The position numbers and the translations under genes were made by a program. DNA of 64,000 nucleotides. Source: Bacilli bacterium. GTDB taxonomy: Bacteria > Bacillota_I > Bacilli_A > RFN20 > UBA1709. Below the pieces are notes generated by a model, which worked only from the letters and a program-made list of their open reading frames with translations, ran no database searches and was not told the origin of the DNA. Numbering within the stretch: the first letter of the stretch is position 1; each line of letters starts with the position of its first letter. Below, one piece after another: positions 1-9,225 of this stretch. Location: positions 160,001 through 224,000 of the forward strand of contig JBMNFL010000001.1 in assembly GCA_050949315.1 (NCBI GenBank). The letters are read 5' to 3'.

Positions 1-783
1 CGCTCAAGAAGACCCCTGACTAGTCCAAATGCTCATACAGATGATGAGCTGTCGCTAATTAAGCGAATGTTAAGAAGAAATGGTGTTTATGGATTGGCAG
101 AAGTATATGTTCGATGTTGTCAAAAAGGGTATAAAAGAAGTTTTGGGAGTATGTGTCGACAAATACGAAAAAAGGGTTATAAAACCCCGGAAATTCATCG
201 TAAGAGTTATACAAAACACGAAAGATTGGACGGAAAATATCCTGGAGACAAGGTGCAGATAGATATAAAGTATGTTCCCCTTGAATGCATAAAATTCCCA
301 ACATATGGAGACAGATATTATCAAATCACTGGAATTGATGAGTTTAGTCGCAAAAGAATTCTCTGTATAGTCAAAGAGAAGAGTACGTACGAAACGACAA
401 AATATCTTAAAAGCCTAGAAAAAGCCATGGGATTTCCAATTAATATGATACAAGTGGACAACGGAGCCGAATTTGTAAATGATGATGATCGTACTAATAA
501 AACGAGTATATTTGAACTGACGGCCAATAAGTTAGGAATAAAATTAAAAAGGACGAGACCTTATTCACCGTGGCAGAACGGAAAAGTTGAAAGAAGTCAT
601 AGAGAAGATGGAAAAATTCTGTATGGGCGAAAAATCTTTATTAGCGAGAAAGAACTTAGACAACAAGTAGCTAAACACGAGCAGCGATATAACAATACAG
701 CTAAAACATGTCTTAACTTTAAAAGTCCTAATCAAGTTGTAACAGAATATTTCTCAAAGTGTAACATATGTCTTGACAATTAA
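1..783 (+). CDS. IS481-family (rve/DDE) transposase, 5'-truncated by window edge
   Basis: Motifs VQIDIKYV, IQVDNGAEF and PWQNGKVERSHR. The frame is open upstream of the ATG at 67 (RSRRPLTSPNAH). Confidence 0.92.
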   Translation, partial: RSRRPLTSPNAHTDDELSLIKRMLRRNGVYGLAEVYVRCCQKGYKRSFGSMCRQIRKKGYKTPEIHRKSYTKHERLDGKYPGDKVQIDIKYVPLECIKFPTYGDRYYQITGIDEFSRKRILCIVKEKSTYETTKYLKSLEKAMGFPINMIQVDNGAEFVNDDDRTNKTSIFELTANKLGIKLKRTRPYSPWQNGKVERSHREDGKILYGRKIFISEKELRQQVAKHEQRYNNTAKTCLNFKSPNQVVTEYFSKCNICLDN

Positions 784-785
784 GA
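1..785 (+). mobile_element. IS481-like insertion sequence, right part (left end outside window)
   Basis: DDE transposase ORF open from base 1. It ends ...GACAAT-TAA-GA, the same layout as the complete IS at 40715-41834 (...GCAACC-TAA-CA), so the right end is inferred at about 785. Confidence 0.8.
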
Positions 786-878
786 GAGGTTGTTAAACCA
801 ACAAATAAAAAGACTTAAAAAAAGTTTTAGTATATAGTATAATTATGTCATATAATTAAAAAAAAGAGAGGTTTTGTT

Positions 879-1757
879 ATGAATAAAGTAAAAATTTTGA
901 CAGATAGTACTAGTGATTTATATAAGGTTCCCGAACGCAATCTCTATGAAGAGATGGATTTGGATGTTATTCCTTTGTACATTAGTTTGGGCGATAAAAA
1001 TTATCGCGATGGTATTGATCTTGTCCCCGAAGAGATGTATGAATTAGTTGAGAAGGAAAAACAACTACCAAAGTCGAGTTGCAATTCCCCCGAAGAATAC
1101 ATGGCTTTTTTTAAGAAATATCTTGATCAAGGCTATGACATTGTCTTTATGGGGATAGGTGGTGAGCTGTCAGCCAGTTATCGTGTGGCTTCCTTAGTGG
1201 CAGAGGAATTTCCTAAGGGCCGAGTTTTTGTTGTTGATTCGGCAAATTTGTCCTCGGGTACTGGTCTTCTTCTATACTATGCCCACCAATTAAGAGAGCA
1301 AGGCAAATCAGCCGCCGAAATTGCTGAGGCCGTTAGTAAAATAAAAAGCCGTGTTCGTACATCTTTTGTTATTGATACGCTGGATTATCTCCATAAGGGT
1401 GGTCGCTGCAGTGGAATGGCCAAGGTTATTGGTACACTCTTATCTTTGAAACCCTTGATTCAAGTTGTAGATGGGAAACTAGTTGTTGCCGCTAAGAGTC
1501 GCGGGAAAAAGAATGGCTTAAATACGATGATCAATAATTTCCGTGTGGATTGGGAAGCCAATAATGTTTGGACAGATCGTATTATGATCACGCATACGGT
1601 CAATATGGAAGAAGCCTTATATATCCATGGGAAATTATTAGAGATGGGGGTTCCTAAATCCAGTATTGTTTTCAGTGAAGCCGGCTGTGTTATCTGTGCC
1701 CACTGTGGTCCAAAGTGCATTGGTATACTCTATCTTTTGAAGGAAGATAACAGATAG
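879..1757 (+). CDS. DegV family fatty-acid-binding protein
   Basis: ILTDSTSDL, VVDSANLSSG, LDYLHKGGR, HCGP motifs; RBS GAGAGG upstream. Confidence 0.93.
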   Translation: MNKVKILTDSTSDLYKVPERNLYEEMDLDVIPLYISLGDKNYRDGIDLVPEEMYELVEKEKQLPKSSCNSPEEYMAFFKKYLDQGYDIVFMGIGGELSASYRVASLVAEEFPKGRVFVVDSANLSSGTGLLLYYAHQLREQGKSAAEIAEAVSKIKSRVRTSFVIDTLDYLHKGGRCSGMAKVIGTLLSLKPLIQVVDGKLVVAAKSRGKKNGLNTMINNFRVDWEANNVWTDRIMITHTVNMEEALYIHGKLLEMGVPKSSIVFSEAGCVICAHCGPKCIGILYLLKEDNR

Positions 1758-1833
1758 AAAAGTCTGAATTTCTTCATACATTTTTCGTTTTTATGAACAA
1801 TTAAAATCTAAGGGTTAATATCTTAAAAAGATA

Positions 1834-1862
1834 TTGACTTTTAGTTTGCTTTAAGGTAAACT
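1834..1862 (+). promoter_or_regulatory. sigma-A promoter of rpsD
   Basis: TTGACT-17bp-TAAACT. Confidence 0.7.
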
Positions 1863-1869
1863 ATACACG

Positions 1870-2025
1870 CTAATGATAGCAGCACGTAAACACAACCTGT
1901 CCGGAGTTAGTACCCTAAAGGTGGATTAAAGTAACCTCGCTGAAAGGTGAAATTTGTATACTAACAAACGAGTGTTTGGGGTTTATGCCGAGTTATCGTT
2001 TTAGCAAATAAAACGTACTTAGGAG
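1870..2025 (+). promoter_or_regulatory. Probable S4 autoregulatory leader RNA
   Basis: Untranslated leader of about 165 nt before rpsD containing GTAACCTCGCTG, resembling Firmicutes S4 leaders. Boundaries approximate. Confidence 0.55.
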
Positions 2026-2033
2026 GAAGAAAT

Positions 2034-2642
2034 ATGTCACGTTACACAGGTCCATCCTGGAAGGTTTCTCGGCGTTTAGGCTTTTCAATTTTGGAAAGTG
2101 GTCGGGAACTTGCCAAAAGACCTTACTATCCTGGTCAACATGGGCCAGGTAGAAGAAAAAAGACGACTGAATACGGCAAACAATTAAATGAAAAACAAAA
2201 GGTTCGCTGTATGTATGGAGTCAACGAGCGGCAGTTTGAAAGGTTGTTCATCTTGGCTAAAAAGTCCAGTGGTGTTACGGGTGTTGAGTTCTTGCGCATT
2301 CTGGAATCACGCCTTGATAACATCGTTTATCGTATGGGCTTAGCAAGAACCCGTCGTGGAGCCCGTCAGTTAGTTTGTCACGGTCATGTGCGGGTTGACG
2401 GTCAAAAGGTTGATATCCCCTCTTTCTTAGTTAAGCCGGGTCAAAAGATCAGCTTAAAGAAGAAGATAGGCGAACTAAAAGTTGTTCAAGAAGCCTTGGA
2501 AGTTGCACCAACTCTAGCGCCATTTGTCGAGTTTGATCGGGAAAAAGAAGAGGGAGTCTACCTTCGTTATCCTGAACGCAATGAACTCAATCACGAGATT
2601 GATGAAGCCTTAATTGTTGAATTCTATAACCGTAAGGTCTAA
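2034..2642 (+). CDS. rpsD: 30S ribosomal protein S4
   Basis: [38 protein letters not shown]. Confidence 0.99.
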   Translation: MSRYTGPSWKVSRRLGFSILESGRELAKRPYYPGQHGPGRRKKTTEYGKQLNEKQKVRCMYGVNERQFERLFILAKKSSGVTGVEFLRILESRLDNIVYRMGLARTRRGARQLVCHGHVRVDGQKVDIPSFLVKPGQKISLKKKIGELKVVQEALEVAPTLAPFVEFDREKEEGVYLRYPERNELNHEIDEALIVEFYNRKV

Positions 2643-2647
2643 TTAAG

Positions 2648-2673
2648 AAAAGGAAGCAAAACTTCCTTTTTTT
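2648..2673 (+). terminator. Intrinsic terminator after rpsD
   Basis: AAAAGGAAG-CAAAA-CTTCCTTTT followed by a T-run. Confidence 0.85.
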
Positions 2674-2742
2674 ATTTTTGCTCTACCGAAAAAGAAAATA
2701 TATGCTATAATTTTCTTAATTCTAATAAGGGAGTTGTTTTTC

Positions 2743-4473
2743 ATGAATCTAAGCCAATTAAATTTTTACGCCATTACAGGCTTTTGGGGAGTTTTAGTCA
2801 TTCTTCTAGTAATTGCCTCAGTTGCTTTATTGGCTTTTGTTTGGATTCGTTTGATGACCAAACGGCAAAGATTTCAAAAAGCAATCCTCGATTTAGAAAA
2901 GAAAAAGAGTGAAATCAATTCTTTACCAATTGGTTTTAAACTTCTAAAACTTGAACGCATAGGTAATAACAACGTTGTTTATGCCGAAGTTCATCGCGAA
3001 TATAAGAAGAACTACGATGATTTAGTTAATGAATTTAACCGTGATTTTACGGCTGATTATGCCATCTGTCAACGGGAGTTAAATGAGAAAAATTATCGAA
3101 AACTGACCGAGACCTTACAAATAGTCAACAATAAGCTTGATAACTATGATGCCAAGATGAAGCAGATGAGTGAGCAGATAAGTCAATTGACCAAAGATGA
3201 AGATGAGACCAGGAAGTTAGAAGCGGAACTAAAAACGCGCAATCGTGAATGTTATGAACGCTACCAACGCAATCATCATGATTTAGATATCTTGCAGGCC
3301 GAGTTTAAAGAATACTTCCATCGGATTGATGATAAGTTCCAAACTTATGAGGAATATATGTTTAGAGGTAGTTATACTGATGCTAAAGAAATTTTAATGA
3401 TGATTAAGGACAACCTTAATGAAATTGAAAGACAAATTGAGGTTGCCCCTAAGTACACCGTGATTTTGACTAAGGAAATTCCGCAAGCTATGAATAAAGT
3501 TATCGATAAGTATAATGAAATGCAGTCTAAAAAATATCCCCTGTTCCATGTCTTAGCCAATGCGACGATTAACAATCTCAAGGATCGTTTGACGGCAATT
3601 GTCAGTCAACTAAAATCTTTTGAGTATGAGGGAATTGATGGAAAAATTGAAGACATTTATAAAGATATTGAGGGTTTAAATAAACAATTAAATGATGAGA
3701 AGAGTGCCCGAGATCGCTTTGATAATGAGCTCGATAAAGTATATGATGAGGCCGAAAATCTTGAACGCTTTTATATTAAACACATCAAGAAAGTAGCGGA
3801 ATTTAAAAAGTACTATGTAGTCAATCAAGAGCAGGATGCACTTGAGTCAAAATTAAAGCAAGAGATTCAGAAGTTATCAGTGATAAGACGCAGCCTTGAT
3901 GGTTTGAATTATGGTAATCAAGCGTATTCAACTAGAATTAATAAACTCAACGATTTAATCAATCAAGTTCGGGTGGTTGATGAGTGTAAAAACCAAATTC
4001 TCAATAATATTGAAGGGATGAAGGATAGTTCCGATAATGCCTACAATTTAGTAACGGATGGTTCAACGCGTTTACGGAATTTGGAAATCCAAGTTCGCAA
4101 CTCGCGTGTTGATAAAATTATCCAATACTTTGCTGATGATTTTGTTACAGGTTATGATCTAGTTGAAAAGCTTCAAGAACTGTTTGATAATGTTCCCGTT
4201 GAAGTTGACAAACTTCAGCTTTATCGTAGCGAACTAGTCACGCTTTTGAATAAACTGCAAAATGAGGCTGGAAGACAGATAGCTGATGCCAAATATGCTG
4301 AAAAACTTTTAATGTACGCCAATTATTTGCGGGTGGAGACGGGTGGCGATAAGCTTAGAGCCATCTCAAAGGCTGAATTATATTACTATGATGGTAAATA
4401 TGAGGATGCTATCAGAATCGCTTTGAGTTCTTTGGATAGTCTACCGAGCTTTTTAGAAAGAAATCATGAATAA
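2743..4473 (+). CDS. ezrA: Septation ring formation regulator EzrA
   Basis: N-terminal TM, long coiled coil, C-terminal AEKLLMYANYLR (QNR-patch-like). Conserved position between rpsD and iscS-thiI. Start taken at ATG 2743. Confidence 0.88.
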   Translation: MNLSQLNFYAITGFWGVLVILLVIASVALLAFVWIRLMTKRQRFQKAILDLEKKKSEINSLPIGFKLLKLERIGNNNVVYAEVHREYKKNYDDLVNEFNRDFTADYAICQRELNEKNYRKLTETLQIVNNKLDNYDAKMKQMSEQISQLTKDEDETRKLEAELKTRNRECYERYQRNHHDLDILQAEFKEYFHRIDDKFQTYEEYMFRGSYTDAKEILMMIKDNLNEIERQIEVAPKYTVILTKEIPQAMNKVIDKYNEMQSKKYPLFHVLANATINNLKDRLTAIVSQLKSFEYEGIDGKIEDIYKDIEGLNKQLNDEKSARDRFDNELDKVYDEAENLERFYIKHIKKVAEFKKYYVVNQEQDALESKLKQEIQKLSVIRRSLDGLNYGNQAYSTRINKLNDLINQVRVVDECKNQILNNIEGMKDSSDNAYNLVTDGSTRLRNLEIQVRNSRVDKIIQYFADDFVTGYDLVEKLQELFDNVPVEVDKLQLYRSELVTLLNKLQNEAGRQIADAKYAEKLLMYANYLRVETGGDKLRAISKAELYYYDGKYEDAIRIALSSLDSLPSFLERNHE

Positions 4474-5600
4474 TGCTTTATTTTGATTATGCTGCCACCA
4501 CCCCTGTTTATCCGGAAGTTTTAAAAGCCTACCATGAACTATTAGAAAAATATTATGCCAATAGTGCTTCGGCCCATTATATGGGTTCGCAAGTGGCCTC
4601 CTTACAAAATCGGGCTCGACAACAAATTGCCGATTTGTTTGGGGTTAAAAGCAACGAGATAATTTTTACTGGTGGCGCTAGCGAAGCTAATAATCTAGCA
4701 ATCAAGGGCGTTGCCTTTCAAGCGGCCAAACGCGGCAAACATTTAATTACCACTTCTGTTGAGCATCCTTCCGTATTAAACACCTTTAAACAATTAGAAG
4801 AAGAGTTTGGTTATGAAGTAACTTATTTACCCATTGATGAGACTGGCAGGGTTCAACTAAGTGAGCTTAAAAAGGCGCTTAAAAAGACCACCACACTTGT
4901 TTCTATCATGTTTGTTAATAACGAGACTGGAGTTGTTAATCCGGTCGAAGAAATTGCCGCTTATCTTAAGGTTAATTGGCCTTTAGTTTGTTTTCATGTT
5001 GATGCCACTCAAGGAATTGCCAAAATCAAACTTGATGTTCACAATATCGATTTGTTATCTCTTTCCGCCCATAAAATCTATGGGTTGAAGGGTAGTGGCC
5101 TTCTGTTAAAGAAAGAAAAAGTTCAGCTCTTGCCTTTGATTTCGGGTGGGGAGCAAGAATTTGGTTTAAGGGCAGGTACAAGTAATTGGCCGGTTAATGT
5201 CATGCTAGCTAAGACTTTGCGCTTGGGCTTTGAAAATAGAGAGCGCAATTATCAAAAAGTTTTAAATTTTAATAAAAAAGTTCGGGCGGCCATCGCCTCT
5301 TTAGAAGGGCTTAAAATCAATTCGCCAAGTGATGCTATGCCCTATATTTTAAATGTCTCGTTTATGGAAAAAAAGGCGGGCGTCATCGCTAATTATTTTG
5401 AAAAGGAAGGAATATGCGTTTCTAGTATTAGCGCCTGTAGTAGCCAAAAGGAAATCTATAGCCCAACTATTGCGCAAATGTTTAAAGATGAGAAGCGGGC
5501 CTTATCTTCCATTCGTATTTGTTTTTCGCATTTCAATAGCGATAGTGAAATTGAAAAGTTGATAACAGTTATCAAAAAAGCCTTGAGTGCCACTAAGTAA
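4473..5600 (+). CDS. iscS: Cysteine desulfurase (NifZ/IscS-like, ThiI partner)
   Basis: YFDYAATTP, SLSAHKIYG (PLP Lys), SSISACSS catalytic Cys; adjacent to thiI. Confidence 0.93.
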   Translation: MLYFDYAATTPVYPEVLKAYHELLEKYYANSASAHYMGSQVASLQNRARQQIADLFGVKSNEIIFTGGASEANNLAIKGVAFQAAKRGKHLITTSVEHPSVLNTFKQLEEEFGYEVTYLPIDETGRVQLSELKKALKKTTTLVSIMFVNNETGVVNPVEEIAAYLKVNWPLVCFHVDATQGIAKIKLDVHNIDLLSLSAHKIYGLKGSGLLLKKEKVQLLPLISGGEQEFGLRAGTSNWPVNVMLAKTLRLGFENRERNYQKVLNFNKKVRAAIASLEGLKINSPSDAMPYILNVSFMEKKAGVIANYFEKEGICVSSISACSSQKEIYSPTIAQMFKDEKRALSSIRICFSHFNSDSEIEKLITVIKKALSATK

Positions 5601-5612
5601 GGGGATAAGAAG

Positions 5613-6812
5613 ATGTTAAAATACGATGCCATTTTAATCCGCTTTGGTGAACTCAGTACCAAGGGGAAAAATAAAAAAGATTTTATAAAAAGGCTTTACG
5701 ACAACCTAAAGCTAGCTTTTAAAGATTTAGAAAGTGTGCGTTTTGAACGCAGCCGCGATCACATCTATTTATATCATGATTTAACTTTAACTGAGACAGT
5801 AATTGAAAGGTTAAAAGAAGTCAGTGGTATTATTAGTTTTTCTCGTGTTTTTCGGGTAGCAAGCGATTTAGAGGCAATTAAGGATGGGGCTTTAGAATTT
5901 GCCAAAATGCTGGATTTAAAAACTTTTAAGGTAAAGGCAAGACGCGCTGATAAAAGTTTTCCTGTTCATAGTGATGAACTCAATCGACATTGTGCGGGGA
6001 AGATTTTAGCCAATACTAGTTATCGCGTGGATGTGCATAATCCTGAATTACTATTAGAAATTGAAGTTCGGCAGGAAGGGACTTTTATTTATGGTGAGAA
6101 GATTAAAGGGGCCGGTGGTTATCCCTTAGGGGTAGCTGGCAAGGCTTTAGTTATGCTTTCAGGTGGCATTGATTCGCCTGTAGCCGCTTATTTAGCGATG
6201 AAAAGGGGTATTAAAATAGAGGCTATTCACTATGCTTCACCACCTTATACCAGTAACAAAGTTAAAGAGAAAATTACCGATATTTTAAAAGTTCTCAGCC
6301 GTCATCGTCTACCTATTAAACTGCATATCGTTCCTTTTACTAAAATTCAAGAGACAATTTATGAACAGGTGCCCGAAGCTTATGCCATCACCATTATGCG
6401 GCGAATGATGTATCGACTAGCTGAAAGACTTTGTTATAAGCGCAATTGTTTGGCAATTGTAAATGGTGAAAGTGTTGGCCAAGTTGCTTCGCAAACGCTA
6501 GTTAGTTTACGGACGATTAATGCCGTGACTAATTTACCAGTGCTTCGACCTTTAGCAACTATGGATAAATTAGATATCATTGAGCTTGCTCAAAAAATTG
6601 GCACCTATGAGATTTCAATTCGTCCCTATATTGATTGTTGTACGATTTTTAACCCCAAAAATCCGGTAACGCGTCCCGATATTACTAAAGTTGAAGAGTT
6701 TGAGAGTCGTTTTGATTTTCAAAGTTTGCTTTCAGAAGCCATCAAAAATGTTGAAAGCCTAACCATTGATGAGAATTATCAAGAAGTGCAGGATAGTGAT
6801 CAGTTTTTTTAG
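5613..6812 (+). CDS. thiI: tRNA 4-thiouridine synthase ThiI
   Basis: IRFGELSTKGKN, THUMP domain, MLSGGIDSPVA, GESVGQVASQT, DCC. Confidence 0.97.
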   Translation: MLKYDAILIRFGELSTKGKNKKDFIKRLYDNLKLAFKDLESVRFERSRDHIYLYHDLTLTETVIERLKEVSGIISFSRVFRVASDLEAIKDGALEFAKMLDLKTFKVKARRADKSFPVHSDELNRHCAGKILANTSYRVDVHNPELLLEIEVRQEGTFIYGEKIKGAGGYPLGVAGKALVMLSGGIDSPVAAYLAMKRGIKIEAIHYASPPYTSNKVKEKITDILKVLSRHRLPIKLHIVPFTKIQETIYEQVPEAYAITIMRRMMYRLAERLCYKRNCLAIVNGESVGQVASQTLVSLRTINAVTNLPVLRPLATMDKLDIIELAQKIGTYEISIRPYIDCCTIFNPKNPVTRPDITKVEEFESRFDFQSLLSEAIKNVESLTIDENYQEVQDSDQFF

Positions 6813-6925
6813 AACTAAATTGTTTATTAGCGACTTTTGTTATTTTAATAACAATTTCGCCTTTAAGTATTGAATAACTGTGCCCCAAGTAGTAGAATGG
6901 GAAGTGTAATTTAGGAGGAATTGAT

Positions 6926-8113
6926 ATGTCAAAAATTATTGCAGTTAACGCTGGTAGTTCTTCACTTAAGTTCCAATTATATGAAATGCCAGCCGAAAAA
7001 GTTTTAGTCTCGGGTGTGATCGAGAAGATTGGTCTTGAACAATCGATCGTTACCATTAAACATGATGGTCAGAAAAAGGTCAGTGAGCCCGTTCTTCCCA
7101 CCCATAAGGAAGCCGTCAATGTCTTACTAAAGGCCTTATTAGAAGAGAAAATTGTTAAAGATTTAAAAGAAATCAATGGTGTTGGTCACCGCGTTGTTCA
7201 CGGTGGTGAATCTTTTGCCAAATCCGTGGTTATCAATGACAAAGTTGTGAAAACCATTGAAGTGTTAAGCGATTTAGCGCCGCTACACAATCCCGCCAAT
7301 TTAATTGGTTACAGGGCTTTTAAGGAAGCTTTACCAGGGGTTGGTCATGTGGCGGTTTTTGATACGGCCTTCCATCAAACCATGGCCCCTGATCGCTATG
7401 TTTATCCTTTACCTTATGAATATTATAAAGTTTTTAAAGTTCGGCACTATGGTTTCCATGGAACATCGCACCTTTATGTTTCGCAGCGGCTTAGAGAGAT
7501 AGATCCTAAGCATGGCAAACGCATCATTACCGCCCATATTGGAAATGGCGCTTCTTTAGCAGCAGTTTTAGATGGTAAATGTGTAGATACTTCTATGGGC
7601 TTTACACCACTTGGTGGGGTGATGATGGGAACAAGATCGGGTGATATGGATCCGGCTATTGTTACTTATCTAGCCAGCAAGACGGGTAAAACCGCGGATG
7701 AGATTGTCACTATTATGAATAAAAAGTCGGGATATCTCGGCGTTTCTGGAGTCTCTTCCGATGCTCGTGATGTAATGGATGCCATGGCTCAAGGCAACAA
7801 AAGAGCAGTGCTAGCAAGAAAAATTCATGTTAATACCATCTGCAACTATATTGGTCAATATTTTGTGGAACTCGGTGGTGTTGATGCTATCGTCTTTACC
7901 GCGGGTTTAGGTGAAAATGATATTGCCTTTAGAAAACTGGTTTGTGAACAGCTTGGTCCAGCCTTAGGTGTTAAACTTGACGAAAAGAAGAATAATTGCC
8001 GGGGCGAAGAAGTTGTAATTTCAACGCCGGATTCCAAGGTTAAAGTTTGGGTTATTCCGACCAATGAAGAAATTGTTATCGCTCGGGATACCATGCGTTT
8101 ACTAAAACTCTAA
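6926..8113 (+). CDS. ackA: Acetate kinase
   Basis: NAGSSSLK, GHRVVHGG, DTSMGFTPL, IPTNEE. Confidence 0.98.
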   Translation: MSKIIAVNAGSSSLKFQLYEMPAEKVLVSGVIEKIGLEQSIVTIKHDGQKKVSEPVLPTHKEAVNVLLKALLEEKIVKDLKEINGVGHRVVHGGESFAKSVVINDKVVKTIEVLSDLAPLHNPANLIGYRAFKEALPGVGHVAVFDTAFHQTMAPDRYVYPLPYEYYKVFKVRHYGFHGTSHLYVSQRLREIDPKHGKRIITAHIGNGASLAAVLDGKCVDTSMGFTPLGGVMMGTRSGDMDPAIVTYLASKTGKTADEIVTIMNKKSGYLGVSGVSSDARDVMDAMAQGNKRAVLARKIHVNTICNYIGQYFVELGGVDAIVFTAGLGENDIAFRKLVCEQLGPALGVKLDEKKNNCRGEEVVISTPDSKVKVWVIPTNEEIVIARDTMRLLKL

Positions 8114-8134
8114 TCAGTAGATAATTGATTGATA

Positions 8135-8161
8135 AAGCTCATCTATTGGATGAGCTTTTTT
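8135..8161 (+). terminator. Intrinsic terminator after ackA
   Basis: AAGCTCATC-TATTG-GATGAGCTT followed by a T-run. Confidence 0.85.
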
Positions 8162-8232
8162 GATTGTTTTTATCGTAAAAATCCTAGTTAAAGACTTTAA
8201 CTAGTGGGAAAAATTCTGTATAATGGAAACGG

Positions 8233-9225
8233 GTGATTTTAATGCGGATAAAAACAAAAATAAGCACAGCTATTTTAAAGGCCATTGAAGAGTATGACAC
8301 AATTATGATTTTCCGTCATACTTCACCAGATTTTGATGCCTTAGGTAGTCAGTTTGCTCTCCTTTACTGGTTGCGTCTTAATTTTCCAGATAAAAAGATC
8401 TATGTGCCGGGTTATTCTTATACCGAGGTTGGTCGCAACCTTTTTCCTAAGAACGATGTATTAAAAGATGAGGTCTTTGATCAACGCTTTTTAGCTATAA
8501 TTCTTGATACTTCCAATCATAGAAGAATCAGTGATGAACGTTATAAAAAGGCGGCTTATATCATTAAAATCGATCACCATCCCGATGGCGATGCTTATGG
8601 GGATATCAATTTAGTTATGCCGGAAGCCGGGGCGGCAGCCGAACTGCTTTATACCTTATTTAGGACCAAGGCTTTTAGAAAATATCCAATCCCCGATGAG
8701 GTTGCTCGTTATCTTTATGTAGGGATTGTTGGCGATACTGGGCGCTTTCAGTATTCGGCAGCGACGGCTCATACTTTAAAGTGTGCAGCTGAATTATATC
8801 AATATGATTTTGATCCTCAAAAAGATGTCTATTATCCAATTTATAACAAACCGCTCAGTGATTTTGAGGCGGTGCGTACCGTAATGAATAATTTTCGTCT
8901 TAGTGAAGATGGGGTGGCTTATTATATTTTGACTCAAAAGGAACTCGAACGTTTAAAAATTGATGCCGATGAAGGTAAGGCCTATCTCTATCTTTTCAAT
9001 TATTGTGATGAAATTTTGGTATGGTGTTCTTTCTGCGAAGATAAACGGCGAGGTGATTGGCGAGGCAGTCTACGTTCACGCGATGTCACCGTTAATGAGG
9101 TGGCCAGTCATTTTCGTGGTGGCGGGCATCGCTTAGCAGCCGGCTGTCGACCGAAAAATCGCCAAGAGATTAAACAATGTGTTGCCGAACTAGGTCAAGA
9201 AATTAAAAAAATGGGAGTAAAATAA
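8233..9225 (+). CDS. nrnA: DHH-family oligoribonuclease/pAp phosphatase NrnA
   Basis: HTSPDFDALGS, IDHH, GDTGRF, GGGHRLAAG; located upstream of dnaE. Confidence 0.92.
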   Translation: MILMRIKTKISTAILKAIEEYDTIMIFRHTSPDFDALGSQFALLYWLRLNFPDKKIYVPGYSYTEVGRNLFPKNDVLKDEVFDQRFLAIILDTSNHRRISDERYKKAAYIIKIDHHPDGDAYGDINLVMPEAGAAAELLYTLFRTKAFRKYPIPDEVARYLYVGIVGDTGRFQYSAATAHTLKCAAELYQYDFDPQKDVYYPIYNKPLSDFEAVRTVMNNFRLSEDGVAYYILTQKELERLKIDADEGKAYLYLFNYCDEILVWCSFCEDKRRGDWRGSLRSRDVTVNEVASHFRGGGHRLAAGCRPKNRQEIKQCVAELGQEIKKMGVK

